From Frankiaceae bacterium (GTDB lineage: Bacteria; Actinomycetota; Actinomycetes; JAFAQI01): a DNA stretch of 56,407 nt. A program made the position numbers and the translations under genes. Below are positions 9,354-18,766 of this stretch, piece by piece. The notes under the pieces are model-generated. The model did no database searches. It saw nothing but the letters and a program-made list of their open reading frames with translations, and was not told the origin of the DNA. How positions within the stretch are numbered: position 1 is the stretch's first letter; each line of letters opens with the position of its first letter. The stretch is taken from contig JAVEEI010000012.1 in the NCBI GenBank assembly GCA_030840525.1, positions 1 through 56,407 of the forward strand, given 5' to 3'.

Positions 9354-10177
9354 CAGCGGTCGGTGCGCTGCGCGTTCGCTTCGACAATGATGCGCACGGC
9401 CTCGTCGACGTCGTCGGTGAGGCGAAGCAAGTCGATGTCGATCGCGTTGATCGCACCCGCGCTGAGCATCGTCGCGCGCAGCCAGTCGATGAGCCCGCGC
9501 CAGTAGTCGGTGCCGAGCAGCACGACCGGGAACGACGTCACCTTGCCGGTCTGCACGAGAGTCAGCGCCTCGAACAGCTCGTCCATCGTGCCGAACCCAC
9601 CGGGCAGTACGACGAACGCCTGCGCGTACTTCACGAACATCGTCTTGCGGGCGAAGAAGTAACGGAAGTTGAGTCCGACATCGACCCAGTCGTTGATCCG
9701 CTGCTCGAACGGCAGCTCGATGCCCAGCCCGACCGACAGGCCGCCGGCGTCGCAGCAGCCCTTGTTGACCGCTTCCATCAGGCCGGGGCCACCGCCGGTG
9801 ATGACGGCGTAACCGGCGTGCGCGAGTGCCGCGCCGAGCCGCTCGCCGGTCGCGTATTCCGGCGTCTCCGGACCGATCCGCGCCGACCCGAACACGCTGA
9901 CCGCGCGCGGCAGCTCGGAGAGCAGGCCGAAGCCTTCGACGAACTCCGACTGGATCCGCAGCACCCGCCACGGGTCGGTGTGCACCCAGTCGCTCGGCCC
10001 GCGCGAGTCGAGCAGCCGCTGGTCCGTCGTACTGCCTTCGACCGCTTGGTCGCCGCGCAACGTGACCGGGCCGCGCTGCTTCTCCCGCGCCGGGCGGTGC
10101 CGCTCGGGCGCGCGCTCAGCGGCGGTATTGCGCGTTGGGTCCTGCGCGGGTCGGTCCGGGTCGACGGGTTCTGCCAT
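9353..10177 (-). CDS. LOG family (TIGR00730, type II-like) protein
   Basis: SVFGSAR, TGGGPGLM, FRYFFARK, PGGFGTMDE. Confidence 0.92.
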   Translation of the reverse strand: MAEPVDPDRPAQDPTRNTAAERAPERHRPAREKQRGPVTLRGDQAVEGSTTDQRLLDSRGPSDWVHTDPWRVLRIQSEFVEGFGLLSELPRAVSVFGSARIGPETPEYATGERLGAALAHAGYAVITGGGPGLMEAVNKGCCDAGGLSVGLGIELPFEQRINDWVDVGLNFRYFFARKTMFVKYAQAFVVLPGGFGTMDELFEALTLVQTGKVTSFPVVLLGTDYWRGLIDWLRATMLSAGAINAIDIDLLRLTDDVDEAVRIIVEANAQRTDR

Positions 10178-10186
10178 GTCAGCAAG

Positions 10187-11242
10187 TTATCCGGCGAGGT
10201 ACCCGCGCAAAACGCGCTCGCACTCGCCGATCCGCGGGATCTCGACGTACTCCTCGCGGGTGTGCGCGAGGTTAGGGTCGCCGGGGCCGAAGTTCACCGC
10301 GGGGATGCCGAGCGCGGCGAACCGCGCGACGTCGGTCCAGCCGAGCTTCGCCACCGGCTCGCCGCCGACCGCGGCGACGAACTCGGCCGCGGCCGGCTCG
10401 GACAGCCGCGGCAGCGCGCCGGGCGACGAGTCGGTCGGTACGACCTCGAACGGCGCGAGCATCTCCACGACGTGCGCGAGCGCCTGCTCCTCGTCGCGGT
10501 CCGGCGCGAACCGGTAGTTGACGGTGACCGTGCAGCGGTCCGGTACGACGTTGCCCGAGACGCCGCCTTCGATCCGGACCGCGTTGAGCCCCTCGCGGTA
10601 CTCGCAGCCGTCGATGACGACCCGGCGCGCCTCGTACTCGGCCAGCCGGGTGAGCACGTCCGCGGCGCGGTGGATCGCGTTGTCGCCGAGCCACGACCGC
10701 GCCGAGTGCGCGCGCCTTCCCGTCACGACGACGAGCGCGCGCAACGTGCCCTGGCAGCCCGCCTCGACCCGGTTTGCGGTCGGCTCCATGAGCACGGCGA
10801 GGTCGGCCTTCAGCCACTCGGGCGCGTTGCGCGCGACCCGGCCGAGACCGTTGCGCGCGGCCTCGACTTCCTCGTTGTCGTAGAACAGCCAGGTCACGTC
10901 GTGCCGCGGCGCGTCGAGCCCGGCGGCGACGCGCAGCATCACCGCGATGCCGGCCTTCATGTCCGACGTACCGCAACCGAACAACCGGTCGCCGTCGCGG
11001 CGGCTGGGCAGGTTGTCGGCGATCGGGACGGTGTCGAGATGACCCGCTACGACGATGCGGTTCGGGCGGCCGAGGTCGGTGCGGGCCGCGACCGCGTCGC
11101 CGTCGCGTTCGACCGTGAGGTGCGGGACCTGCCGCAGCGCGAACTCGACTTCGTCGGCGAGCCGGCTCTCGCCACCGGACACGCTCGGCACGTCGACGAG
11201 GCTCGCGGTGAGCGCGTCACCGGGGAGGGTGAGGTCGATCAT
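10187..11242 (-). CDS. dapE: Succinyl-diaminopimelate desuccinylase
   Basis: [45 protein letters not shown]. Confidence 0.93.
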   Translation of the reverse strand: MIDLTLPGDALTASLVDVPSVSGGESRLADEVEFALRQVPHLTVERDGDAVAARTDLGRPNRIVVAGHLDTVPIADNLPSRRDGDRLFGCGTSDMKAGIAVMLRVAAGLDAPRHDVTWLFYDNEEVEAARNGLGRVARNAPEWLKADLAVLMEPTANRVEAGCQGTLRALVVVTGRRAHSARSWLGDNAIHRAADVLTRLAEYEARRVVIDGCEYREGLNAVRIEGGVSGNVVPDRCTVTVNYRFAPDRDEEQALAHVVEMLAPFEVVPTDSSPGALPRLSEPAAAEFVAAVGGEPVAKLGWTDVARFAALGIPAVNFGPGDPNLAHTREEYVEIPRIGECERVLRGYLAG

Positions 11243-11250
11243 CGGCACCC

Positions 11251-11260
11251 ACCCTAAGGT
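11251..11260. promoter_or_regulatory. Overlapping divergent -10 hexamers for leaderless dapE and dapD
   Basis: TAAGGT (+, 11255-11260) 7 nt before dapD ATG; TAGGGT (-, 11256-11251) 8 nt before dapE ATG. Confidence 0.55.
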
Positions 11261-11267
11261 GACGGCG

Positions 11268-12194
11268 ATGAGCTTCCGGGACGAGCCTGCGACAGCGGCC
11301 GGTGTGGCGACGTACGCCGACGACGGGCGCGTGCTCGACGCGTGGTTTCCGACGCCGGTGCTCGGGGCCGCCGATGCGGTTGCTCCGCTGGACCTGCCGA
11401 CCGGCGCGGACGCGTTGCGCGGCGTCCGCACCGAGGCGGTCGTCGTACGGCTCGCGTCGCTCGCGGCGCCGCCCGCCGACGCACTCGACGTCTACCTCCG
11501 GCTGCATCTGCTCTCGCACCGACTGGTCCGGCCGCACGAGGCGTCGCTCGACGGGCTGTTCGGGCTGCTGACGAACGTCGCGTGGACATCGCTCGGCCCG
11601 GTGCCGGCCGACGGCGTCGAGAGCGTGCGGCTGCGCGCGCGGGCGGCCGGGCAGCGGCTGGAGGTGTACGGCGTCGACAAGTTCCCGCGGATGACCGACT
11701 ACGTCGTCCCGTCGGGAGTCCGCATCGCCGACGCAGACCGGGTCCGGCTCGGCGCGTATCTCTCCCCGGGTACGACGGTGATGCACGAAGGGTTCGTCAA
11801 CTACAACGCCGGGACGCTGGGCGCCTCGATGGTCGAGGGACGCATCTCGGCCGGGGTCGTCATCGGCGACGGGACCGACATCGGCGGCGGCGCGTCGATC
11901 ATCGGCACGCTGTCCGGCGGTGGGTCGCTGGTGGTGTCGCTGGGCGAGCGGTGCCTGCTCGGCGCCAACAGCGGCATCGGCATCCCGCTCGGCGACGACT
12001 GCGTCGTCGAGGCGGGCTGCTACGTGACCGCGGGGTCGAAGGTGACGCTGCCGGACGGCGCGGTGGTGGCGGCTCGTGAGTTGGCCGGCTCGCACAATCT
12101 GTTGTTCTGGCGCAACAGCGTGACCGGGGCGCTGGAGGCGAAGCCTCGGACCGGCACCTGGGGCGGCCTCAACGCCGCCCTGCACGCCAACTGA
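11268..12194 (+). CDS. dapD: Tetrahydrodipicolinate N-succinyltransferase
   Basis: [42 protein letters not shown], hexapeptide repeats. Confidence 0.95.
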   Translation: MSFRDEPATAAGVATYADDGRVLDAWFPTPVLGAADAVAPLDLPTGADALRGVRTEAVVVRLASLAAPPADALDVYLRLHLLSHRLVRPHEASLDGLFGLLTNVAWTSLGPVPADGVESVRLRARAAGQRLEVYGVDKFPRMTDYVVPSGVRIADADRVRLGAYLSPGTTVMHEGFVNYNAGTLGASMVEGRISAGVVIGDGTDIGGGASIIGTLSGGGSLVVSLGERCLLGANSGIGIPLGDDCVVEAGCYVTAGSKVTLPDGAVVAARELAGSHNLLFWRNSVTGALEAKPRTGTWGGLNAALHAN

Positions 12195-12201
12195 TACCGG
12201 C

Positions 12202-12252
12202 GGGGACCATCTGCTGGTCTTTCGCGCCCCGATCGACCAGCAGGATCTACCC
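12202..12252. repeat. Hairpin element, left flank of the DUF559 gene
   Basis: CTGCTGGTC (12211-12219), 15-nt loop, GACCAGCAG (12235-12243). Confidence 0.75.
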
Positions 12253-13170
12253 AGTGCGGCCGACCCGGCGGTGCGCGAGGATGTCGCCGAGCTCGCGGAC
12301 GACAAGCTCCGGCTCGGCAACGAATCGCCGATGGCTGTAGCGGACGACGAGGATCCCGCGCGCCAGCAGCGCCGCGTCGCGGCGTAGGTCCCGCTCGCGT
12401 TGCCCGCTCTGGCCATGCCACGCCGCGCCGTCGAGCTCGACGTCGACCCGCTCGTCCGGGAAGTAGCGGTCGAGAAAGACAGTGCAGGCATCGAGCGCGA
12501 CCTCATGTTGGCGAATCGAGGGAGGCAGCCGCGGATCCGAGAACACCCGCTCGTGCCCCCAGATCTCGAGCTCGCTGTGGCACCCGCCGTCGACGAGCGC
12601 GACCAGCTCGCGAATCTCCGCGGCGCCCCGGATGCACCGGTTGGCGCGCACGGTCGCGAGCAGCCGGTCGGCCGTCGTACGCCGGGCTCGCAGCGCCTCG
12701 ATCAGCGGCGCCCGGCGGTCGGCCGCGGCGAGCAGCGGCCAGCTCTCGACGACCGCCTGCTCCATCCGCACGACGCGCAGCCCGTCGCGTTTGACGACCG
12801 TAGAGGAGTTGACGCCGAACCCCCGCCGCCGATGCACGACGAGGCTGCGCCTCGAGACCGCGTGACTCGCGTGCGGCGCGGTGAGATGGATCGGTGCGGC
12901 AGCACGGAGCACCGTCGGGCACAGGCCCCAGACGTCGAGCGCGTCGACGTGCGACAGGGCCGCTGCGGGCAGGTAGGCGAGCGCGGCCCGGCGCAACAGC
13001 GGCCGGTCGAGCGGGATGCCCGCGACGACGTACACGCCGGGGTGCAGCCGCTGCAGCACTCCGGCGTTGAGCGCGTCGTCGAGCACGTGCCGCGGCCAGC
13101 GGGCGAGCGCGTGCGCGCGAGTGACGAGCCCGCCGTCAGCCAGAGCCAGGGCAACGAGGTCGCGGCGCAT
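12247..13170 (-). CDS. AbiEi-like N-terminus plus DUF559 (Vsr-like) endonuclease domain protein
   Basis: GLVTRA..LHPGVY, AALSH, SELE, VDVELDGAAWH, RERDLRRDAALLARGILVVR. Confidence 0.82.
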   Translation of the reverse strand: MRRDLVALALADGGLVTRAHALARWPRHVLDDALNAGVLQRLHPGVYVVAGIPLDRPLLRRAALAYLPAAALSHVDALDVWGLCPTVLRAAAPIHLTAPHASHAVSRRSLVVHRRRGFGVNSSTVVKRDGLRVVRMEQAVVESWPLLAAADRRAPLIEALRARRTTADRLLATVRANRCIRGAAEIRELVALVDGGCHSELEIWGHERVFSDPRLPPSIRQHEVALDACTVFLDRYFPDERVDVELDGAAWHGQSGQRERDLRRDAALLARGILVVRYSHRRFVAEPELVVRELGDILAHRRVGRTG

Positions 13171-13250
13171 GACGCATGGTCGAGCGGAAACGAGTTCCGC
13201 AGGTGCCAAGTCGGCGCAAATGTGGACAGGCCACTTCGCTGTGGGCAACC

Positions 13251-13313
13251 AAGCGTTGTACGTCCTGCTGGTCCGAGAGAAGCTAGGAGACCAGCACGTC
13301 GTACCCGACGCTT
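13251..13313. repeat. Hairpin element, right flank of the DUF559 gene (inverted homolog of 12202-12252)
   Basis: TGCTGGTC (13266-13273), 15-nt loop, GACCAGCA (13289-13296); outer stem AAGCGT..GTACG / CGTAC..ACGCTT. Confidence 0.75.
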
Positions 13314-13333
13314 CGAGAGGTAGGCGGGGGCCG

Positions 13334-13792
13334 ATGAAGATCGAGGCGGTGAGCGCGGCGTCGGTCGAGGCTCGGGTGCTCGTGGCGCTCTACGTCGACG
13401 AGATCGCCGCCGCCTTCCCGGCCGGCTTCGATCCCAAAGCCTCTGTCTCCGCCGACCCCGACGAGCTGACGCCGCCCAACGGCACGTTCCTCGTCGTGCG
13501 CGCCGACGACGGCAACCCGGTCGGCTGCGGCGCGCTCAAGCTGCTCGACCCGACGACCGCCGAGATCAAGCGCATGTGGCTCGCGCCGGAAGCTCGCGGC
13601 CAGGGCATCGGCCGCCAGCTTCTCGAGGCGCTGGAGCAGGCCGGCCGCGACCTCGGCGCGACCGAGGCCCGGCTCGACACCAACGAAGCGCTCGACGCCG
13701 CGATGACGCTCTACCGCAAGTCCGGCTGGAGCGAGATCCCCGCGTACAACGACAACGTCTACGCGACGCACTGGTTCGCGAAGCAGCTGTAA
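13334..13792 (+). CDS. GNAT family N-acetyltransferase
   Basis: VGCGALK, AEIKRMW, ARGQGIG, LYRKSGW. Confidence 0.88.
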   Translation: MKIEAVSAASVEARVLVALYVDEIAAAFPAGFDPKASVSADPDELTPPNGTFLVVRADDGNPVGCGALKLLDPTTAEIKRMWLAPEARGQGIGRQLLEALEQAGRDLGATEARLDTNEALDAAMTLYRKSGWSEIPAYNDNVYATHWFAKQL

Positions 13793-13796
13793 CGAG

Positions 13797-14072
13797 CTAC
13801 GCCGGCGGCTCGGCCTCGCGCTCGGACTCCCACGCGGTGAGCTGCTGCTCCAGCGCCTTCATGATCTCGAACACCTGCGACGGCGGGATGCGCACCCGCG
13901 CCACGACCCGCGACAGAAGCTGCGCCGCCGTCACTGGTTGCGCGAGCACCGCGAAGTCGAGCACGAACGCGTCCTTGCTGTGCCACACGCTGACGAAGTC
14001 GGCGTACGTCCCTTCGATCCGGTCGTCGGGAACGTGCAGGTGTGCCTGCGGCTGAGCCGGTTGGTCGGTCAT
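13797..14072 (-). CDS. DUF3467-like small protein
   Basis: GTYADFVSVWHSKDAFVLDF...VVARVRIPP; ATGA overlap with dapC. Confidence 0.7.
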   Translation of the reverse strand: MTDQPAQPQAHLHVPDDRIEGTYADFVSVWHSKDAFVLDFAVLAQPVTAAQLLSRVVARVRIPPSQVFEIMKALEQQLTAWESEREAEPPA

Positions 14073-15154
14073 GTCGAAGCCTCCTTCAGCCGCGCGACAG
14101 CGGCCGCGATCCGCTCGTCCGTCGCCGTCAGCGCGACCCGCACGTGCCGGCCGCCGTCGGCGCCGTAGAACTCGCCCGGCGCGACGAGGATGCCAAGCGC
14201 GGCGAGGTCGTCGACGGTACGGCGGCACGGCTCGCCGCGAGTGGCCCAGAGGTAGAGCCCGGCGTCGCCACCGTCGACGGTGAAGCCGGCGCGCTCGAGC
14301 GCGGGCAGCAGCGCGGCTCGCCGCGCGGCGTACAAGTTCCGTTGCGCCGCAACATGTTCGTCGTCGTCGAGCGCAGCCGACATCGCCGCCTCGACCGGCG
14401 CCGGCACGATCATCCCGGCGTGCTTGCGCAGCTCGAGCAGCCGCGCGACCAACGCCGGGTCGCCGGCGACGAAGCCGGCGCGGTAGCCGGCGAGGTTGGA
14501 CCGCTTCGACAGCGAGTGCACGGCGAGCAGGCCGTCGAGCGAGCCGCCGCACACCGACGGCGACAGCACCGACACCGGCGGCTCGCCGTCGTACCAAAGT
14601 TCCGCGTAGCACTCGTCGCTCGCGACGACGCAGCCGCGCTCGCGGGCCCAGCCGACGACCTTGCGCAGGTGCTCCGGCGGCGACACGCGACCGGTCGGGT
14701 TGGACGGCGAGTTGACCCAGAGCAGGTCGAGCCGCTGCGGGCCGAGCGAGACGAGTGCGTCGACGGCGACGCCGCGCGCCGAAGCGAGCCGGGCGCCGAC
14801 GTCGTACGTCGGGTAGGCCAGGGCGGGGAAGCCGACGGAGGTCGCGCCGAGCAACGTCGGCAGCCACGCGACGAGTTCTTTCGTGCCGATGACCGGCAGT
14901 ACGGCGACGTCGCCGGAGACGCCGAACCGGCGTCGCAGCCAGCCGGTGGCCGCGGCCCGCAGCCGGTCGGTGCCGGCCGTGGCCGGGTAGCCCGGCGCGT
15001 CCGCGGCGGCGGCCAAGGCCTGCTGCACGAAGGCCGGCGTCGGGTCGACCGGCGTACCGACGGACAGGTCGACGATGCCGTCCGGGTGAGCGCGCGCACG
15101 TGCCGCCGCACCGGCCAGCGAGTCCCAGGGAAAGTCCGGGAGCGACCCGATCAG
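14069..15154 (-). CDS. dapC: N-succinyldiaminopimelate aminotransferase (probable CTG start)
   Basis: LPDFPWD, VDLSVGTPVD, NSPSNPTG, SDECY, SLSKRSNLAGYRAG; next to fdxA. Confidence 0.9.
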   Translation of the reverse strand: MIGSLPDFPWDSLAGAAARARAHPDGIVDLSVGTPVDPTPAFVQQALAAAADAPGYPATAGTDRLRAAATGWLRRRFGVSGDVAVLPVIGTKELVAWLPTLLGATSVGFPALAYPTYDVGARLASARGVAVDALVSLGPQRLDLLWVNSPSNPTGRVSPPEHLRKVVGWARERGCVVASDECYAELWYDGEPPVSVLSPSVCGGSLDGLLAVHSLSKRSNLAGYRAGFVAGDPALVARLLELRKHAGMIVPAPVEAAMSAALDDDEHVAAQRNLYAARRAALLPALERAGFTVDGGDAGLYLWATRGEPCRRTVDDLAALGILVAPGEFYGADGGRHVRVALTATDERIAAAVARLKEAST

Positions 15155-15483
15155 TGGGTGCCCTCGTTGACGTCCGGCGGCAGGGCGGCGACCAGCGGGT
15201 GGTCCTTCTCGATCTTGCCGACCTTCGACGCGCCGCCGGGCGAGCCGATGTCGTCGAAGAACTCGACGTTGGCCTTGTAGTAGTCCTTCCACTGGTCGGG
15301 CGTGTCGTCTTCGTAGAAGATCGCCTCGACCGGGCAGACCGGCTCGCACGCCCCGCAGTCGACACACTCGTCCGGGTGGATGTAGAGCATCCGCTTGCCC
15401 TCGTAGATGCAGTCCACGGGGCATTCCTCGATGCACGCCCTGTCGAGCACGTCGACACACGGCTCGGCGATGACGTAGGTCAC
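15151..15483 (-). CDS. fdxA: 7Fe ferredoxin
   Basis: MTYVIAEPCVDV..ACIEECPVDCIY...CVDCGACEPVCP. Confidence 0.96.
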   Translation of the reverse strand: MTYVIAEPCVDVLDRACIEECPVDCIYEGKRMLYIHPDECVDCGACEPVCPVEAIFYEDDTPDQWKDYYKANVEFFDDIGSPGGASKVGKIEKDHPLVAALPPDVNEGTH

Positions 15484-15530
15484 GGTGCGGTCCTCCTCCA
15501 GACGGTTGCGCGGTTCCTAGTATCGCCGAG

Positions 15531-16439
15531 GTGGAAGTCGGCGAGACGGTCAGCCTCCGCGTCGCCACCGTTGCCGGGCCGACGGAGATCGTCGGCGTCG
15601 TCGTGTCGCGCACCGCCGAGGCGGTCGTCGTACGGCGGCGCGACGGCTCGACCGTCGAGGTCGCGGTGGCGTCGGTCACCGCCGGCCGGGTCGTCCCGCC
15701 CGGCCCGGCCCGCCGGATCGGCGCCGCCGAACTGGAGGCGATCGCCGCGGCCGGCTGGCGCGCGCTCGAGACCGCGCCGCTCGGCGAGTGGGTACGGCGC
15801 GCGTCCGGCGGCTTCACCGCGCGGGCCAACTCCGCCCTCGCCGTCGGCGACCCCGGCATGCCGGTCGACGCCGCGCTCGACGCCGTCGAGACCTGGTACG
15901 CGGAGCGGTCGCTGCCGCCGCGCGTGCAGTCGATCGGTGGCGCGGTCGAGGAGGTGCTCGCCGCGCGCGGCTGGCACGACACCGGTCGCCACGACGTCAT
16001 GACGGCCGAGATCGCGCACGTGCTGCGGCCGCTGGCGGTTAGCGATCTGCCGCTGGTGCGGGTCGACGCCGCGCCCGACGAGCACTGGGTGGCGGCGTAC
16101 CGGGCCGCGAGCGGGCCGCTGCCGGCGGTTGCGGTCGAGGTGCTGACGAACCACCCGAACGCCGCGTTCCTCTCGATGGGCAACGAGGCGGTCGCGCGGG
16201 TCGCGGTGGACGGTCGGTGGGCGGGTCTGTTCGCGGTCGAGGTGGCGCCGGCCGCGCGCCGGCAGGGCCTCGGCCGCGCGGTGTCGGCCGCGGCGTTGCG
16301 GTGGGCGGTGCAGCAGGGCGCGCGGCACGCCTACCTGCAAGCCGCCGGCGGCAACGACGCGGCGCGCGGGCTGTACGAGAGTCTCGGTTTCGCCATCCAC
16401 CACCGCTACACCCACTGGGTAGCGTCGGCCGGTGAGTGA
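15531..16439 (+). CDS. GNAT family N-acetyltransferase
   Basis: GGFTARANSA, RRQGLG, AYLQ..GNDAARGLYESLGF; TAGTAT -10 seven nt upstream. Confidence 0.85.
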   Translation: MEVGETVSLRVATVAGPTEIVGVVVSRTAEAVVVRRRDGSTVEVAVASVTAGRVVPPGPARRIGAAELEAIAAAGWRALETAPLGEWVRRASGGFTARANSALAVGDPGMPVDAALDAVETWYAERSLPPRVQSIGGAVEEVLAARGWHDTGRHDVMTAEIAHVLRPLAVSDLPLVRVDAAPDEHWVAAYRAASGPLPAVAVEVLTNHPNAAFLSMGNEAVARVAVDGRWAGLFAVEVAPAARRQGLGRAVSAAALRWAVQQGARHAYLQAAGGNDAARGLYESLGFAIHHRYTHWVASAGE

Positions 16440-17328
16440 GGTACGGCGCGGGACGCTGCTCGGCTTCGCGGCGTACCTCGCGTGGGGCGTGTTCCCGCTG
16501 TACTTCCCGCTGCTCGAGCCGGCCGGCGCGCTCGAGATCCTCGCCCACCGGGTGCTGTGGTCGCTGGCGCTGGTCGGGCTGGTGCTGCTCGTCTGGATGC
16601 GGTCGCTGCGCACGTTGCCGCGCGACCGCCGGCAGCGCCGCCTCCTCGTCGCCGCGGCGGTGCTCATCGCGGTCAACTGGGGCGTGTACATCTGGGGCGT
16701 CAACAGCCACCACGTGGTCGAGACGTCGCTGGGTTACTTCGTGAACCCGCTGGTGTCGGTCGGGCTCGGTGTCGTCGCGCTCGGCGAGCGGCTGCGGCGC
16801 GGGCAGTGGGCCGGCGTCGTACTCGCCGCGGTCGGTGTCGTCGTGCTCACCGTCGACGCCGGCCGGCCGCCGTGGATCGCCCTCGTCCTCGCGGCGAGCT
16901 TCGGCACGTACGGCCTGGTCAAGAAGATCGTGGGCGTTCCCGCGGTCGAGGGTCTCGTCGTCGAGACCGCCGTGCTCGCTCCGGTGGCACTCGGTTACGT
17001 CGTCGTCGGCGGGCTGCTCGGTGCGACGACGTTCACGACGCACGGGCCCGGGCACGCGTTGCTGCTCGTCACCGCGGGAGTGATCACCGCGGTCCCGTTG
17101 CTGGCGTTCGCCGGGGCCGCGGCGCGGGTGCCGCTGTCGCGGCTCGGGCTGATGCAGTACCTCACGCCGACGATGCAGTTCCTCATCGGCGTGCTCGTCC
17201 GGCACGAGCCGCTGCCGCCCGGCCGGCTCGCCGGGTTCGCCATCGTGTGGGTCGCGCTGGTGCTGTTCACCATCGACACCGCGACGAACCACCGCCGCCA
17301 GCTCGCGGGCACCGCCGTACCTGCTTAG
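16432..17328 (+). CDS. rarD: EamA/RarD family permease
   Basis: AYLAWGVFPLYF, EILAHR, SLGYFVNPL, GLMQYLTPT. Confidence 0.9.
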   Translation: MSEVRRGTLLGFAAYLAWGVFPLYFPLLEPAGALEILAHRVLWSLALVGLVLLVWMRSLRTLPRDRRQRRLLVAAAVLIAVNWGVYIWGVNSHHVVETSLGYFVNPLVSVGLGVVALGERLRRGQWAGVVLAAVGVVVLTVDAGRPPWIALVLAASFGTYGLVKKIVGVPAVEGLVVETAVLAPVALGYVVVGGLLGATTFTTHGPGHALLLVTAGVITAVPLLAFAGAAARVPLSRLGLMQYLTPTMQFLIGVLVRHEPLPPGRLAGFAIVWVALVLFTIDTATNHRRQLAGTAVPA

Positions 17329-17338
17329 GGTTGACCGC

Positions 17339-18766
17339 GTGCTCCGGCTGACCGACACGATGACCCGACGGCACGAAGACGTCGCGCCGTCGCGCGGCCG
17401 GCACCTCACGCTCTACGCCTGCGGCCCGACGGTCTACCGGTCGCAGCACGTCGGCAACCTGCGCACGTTCGTACTCGGCGACCTCATCGCGCGGGCCGGC
17501 GAGGTGCTGCACGGCTGGCAGACGACGCTCGTGCAGAACATCACCGACGTCGGCCACCTCGCCGACGACACCGGCATCGAGCTCGCCGGCGAAGACAAGA
17601 TGCTGCTCGCCGCGCGCGAGCAGAACCGCGACCCGTTCGAGATCGCCCGCCACTACGAGGCGGAGTTCCGGACCGACTGCGCGCGGATCAACATCCGGCC
17701 GGCCGAGCGCTACCCGCGCGCGTCCGAGTGCATCGAGTTGATGGTCGACCTCATCGCGAAGCTGATCGACACCGACCACGCCTACGTCGGCGACGACGGC
17801 TCGGTCTACTTCGACGCGCGGTCGTTCCCGTCGTACGGCGCACTGTCCGGCAACCGGCTCGAAGACCTGCGCGCGGGGCACCGGCAGGACGCGGCGGACC
17901 TCAGCGCCGGCAAGCGTTTCCACGCCGACTGGGCGCTCTGGAAGCACGCTGGCGCGCAGCGGCAGATGGTCTGGGAAACGCCGTGGGGCAACGGTTTTCC
18001 CGGCTGGCACATCGAGTGCTCGGCGATGTCGCTGCACTACCTGGGCGAGACCTTCGACCTGCACACCGGCGGCATCGACCTGCGCTTCCCGCACCACGAA
18101 GACGAACGCGCCCAGTCCGAGAGCGCGGTCGGGCACGAGGTGGTACGGCGGTGGGTGCACGGCGAGCACCTGCTCGCGGAGGGCCGCAAGATGGCGAAGT
18201 CGACGGGCAACGTCGTGCTCGTCGACGACATCGTCGCGCGCGGGCACGACCCGCTCGCGGTGCGGTTGTTCTTCCTCACCGGGCGCTACCGGCAGCAGCT
18301 GAACCTCACCTGGGACGCAGTCGCCGGCGCAGACCGGCGGCTCGGGCGCTGGCGCAACCGGGTCGCCGAGTGGGCCGAGTCGCCGTCGGCGGCGGTGCAC
18401 GCGGAGACGGTCGCGCGGGTCAGCGCCGCCTTCGACGACGACCTCGACACACCGTCGGCACTGGTCGCGCTCGGCGAGCTGGAGAAGAACGACGCGGTCG
18501 CGCCGGGCGCGAAGTTCGAGACGTTCGCGTGGGCGGACCGGCTGCTCGGGCTCGACCTCGCCCGTGACGTCGGCCGGCCGCGCGACAGCGCCGGCGAGTT
18601 GCCGGACCGTGCGCGCGAGCTGCTCGACGCCCGGTCCGCCGCCCGCGACGCCAAGGACTGGGCCGCCTCCGACCGGTTGCGCGAGCAGCTCGCCGGCCTG
18701 GGTGTAGCGGTCGTCGACGGACCCGATGGACAATCGTGGTCGCGGACCGAAGGAGTGACGAGATGA
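17339..18766 (+). CDS. cysS: Cysteine--tRNA ligase
   Basis: CGPTVY, HVGN, QNITDV, PGWHIECSAM, GGIDLRFPHHE, KMAKS, C-terminal anticodon-binding helix (KDWAASDRLR). Confidence 0.9.
   Translation: MLRLTDTMTRRHEDVAPSRGRHLTLYACGPTVYRSQHVGNLRTFVLGDLIARAGEVLHGWQTTLVQNITDVGHLADDTGIELAGEDKMLLAAREQNRDPFEIARHYEAEFRTDCARINIRPAERYPRASECIELMVDLIAKLIDTDHAYVGDDGSVYFDARSFPSYGALSGNRLEDLRAGHRQDAADLSAGKRFHADWALWKHAGAQRQMVWETPWGNGFPGWHIECSAMSLHYLGETFDLHTGGIDLRFPHHEDERAQSESAVGHEVVRRWVHGEHLLAEGRKMAKSTGNVVLVDDIVARGHDPLAVRLFFLTGRYRQQLNLTWDAVAGADRRLGRWRNRVAEWAESPSAAVHAETVARVSAAFDDDLDTPSALVALGELEKNDAVAPGAKFETFAWADRLLGLDLARDVGRPRDSAGELPDRARELLDARSAARDAKDWAASDRLREQLAGLGVAVVDGPDGQSWSRTEGVTR

Noticed and set aside
8751-10177. 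Tandem LOG genes as a cytokinin or defence system
   Set aside because: This pairing next to dapE/folP is, as far as I recall, ordinary actinobacterial synteny; no ipt or defence partner is present
12247-13792. DUF559 gene plus GNAT as a toxin-antitoxin pair
   Set aside because: The genes are divergent, the GNAT lies outside the hairpin-bounded unit and resembles ordinary small-molecule acetyltransferases
14069-16183. Apparent 704-aa DapC fusion reading through fdxA
   Set aside because: The upstream part is the off-frame of fdxA and antisense of the GNAT gene; DapC similarity begins at about 15154
17339-18766. mshC, given nearby mshB
   Set aside because: CGPTVY/HVGN motifs and the anticodon-binding C-terminus indicate CysRS
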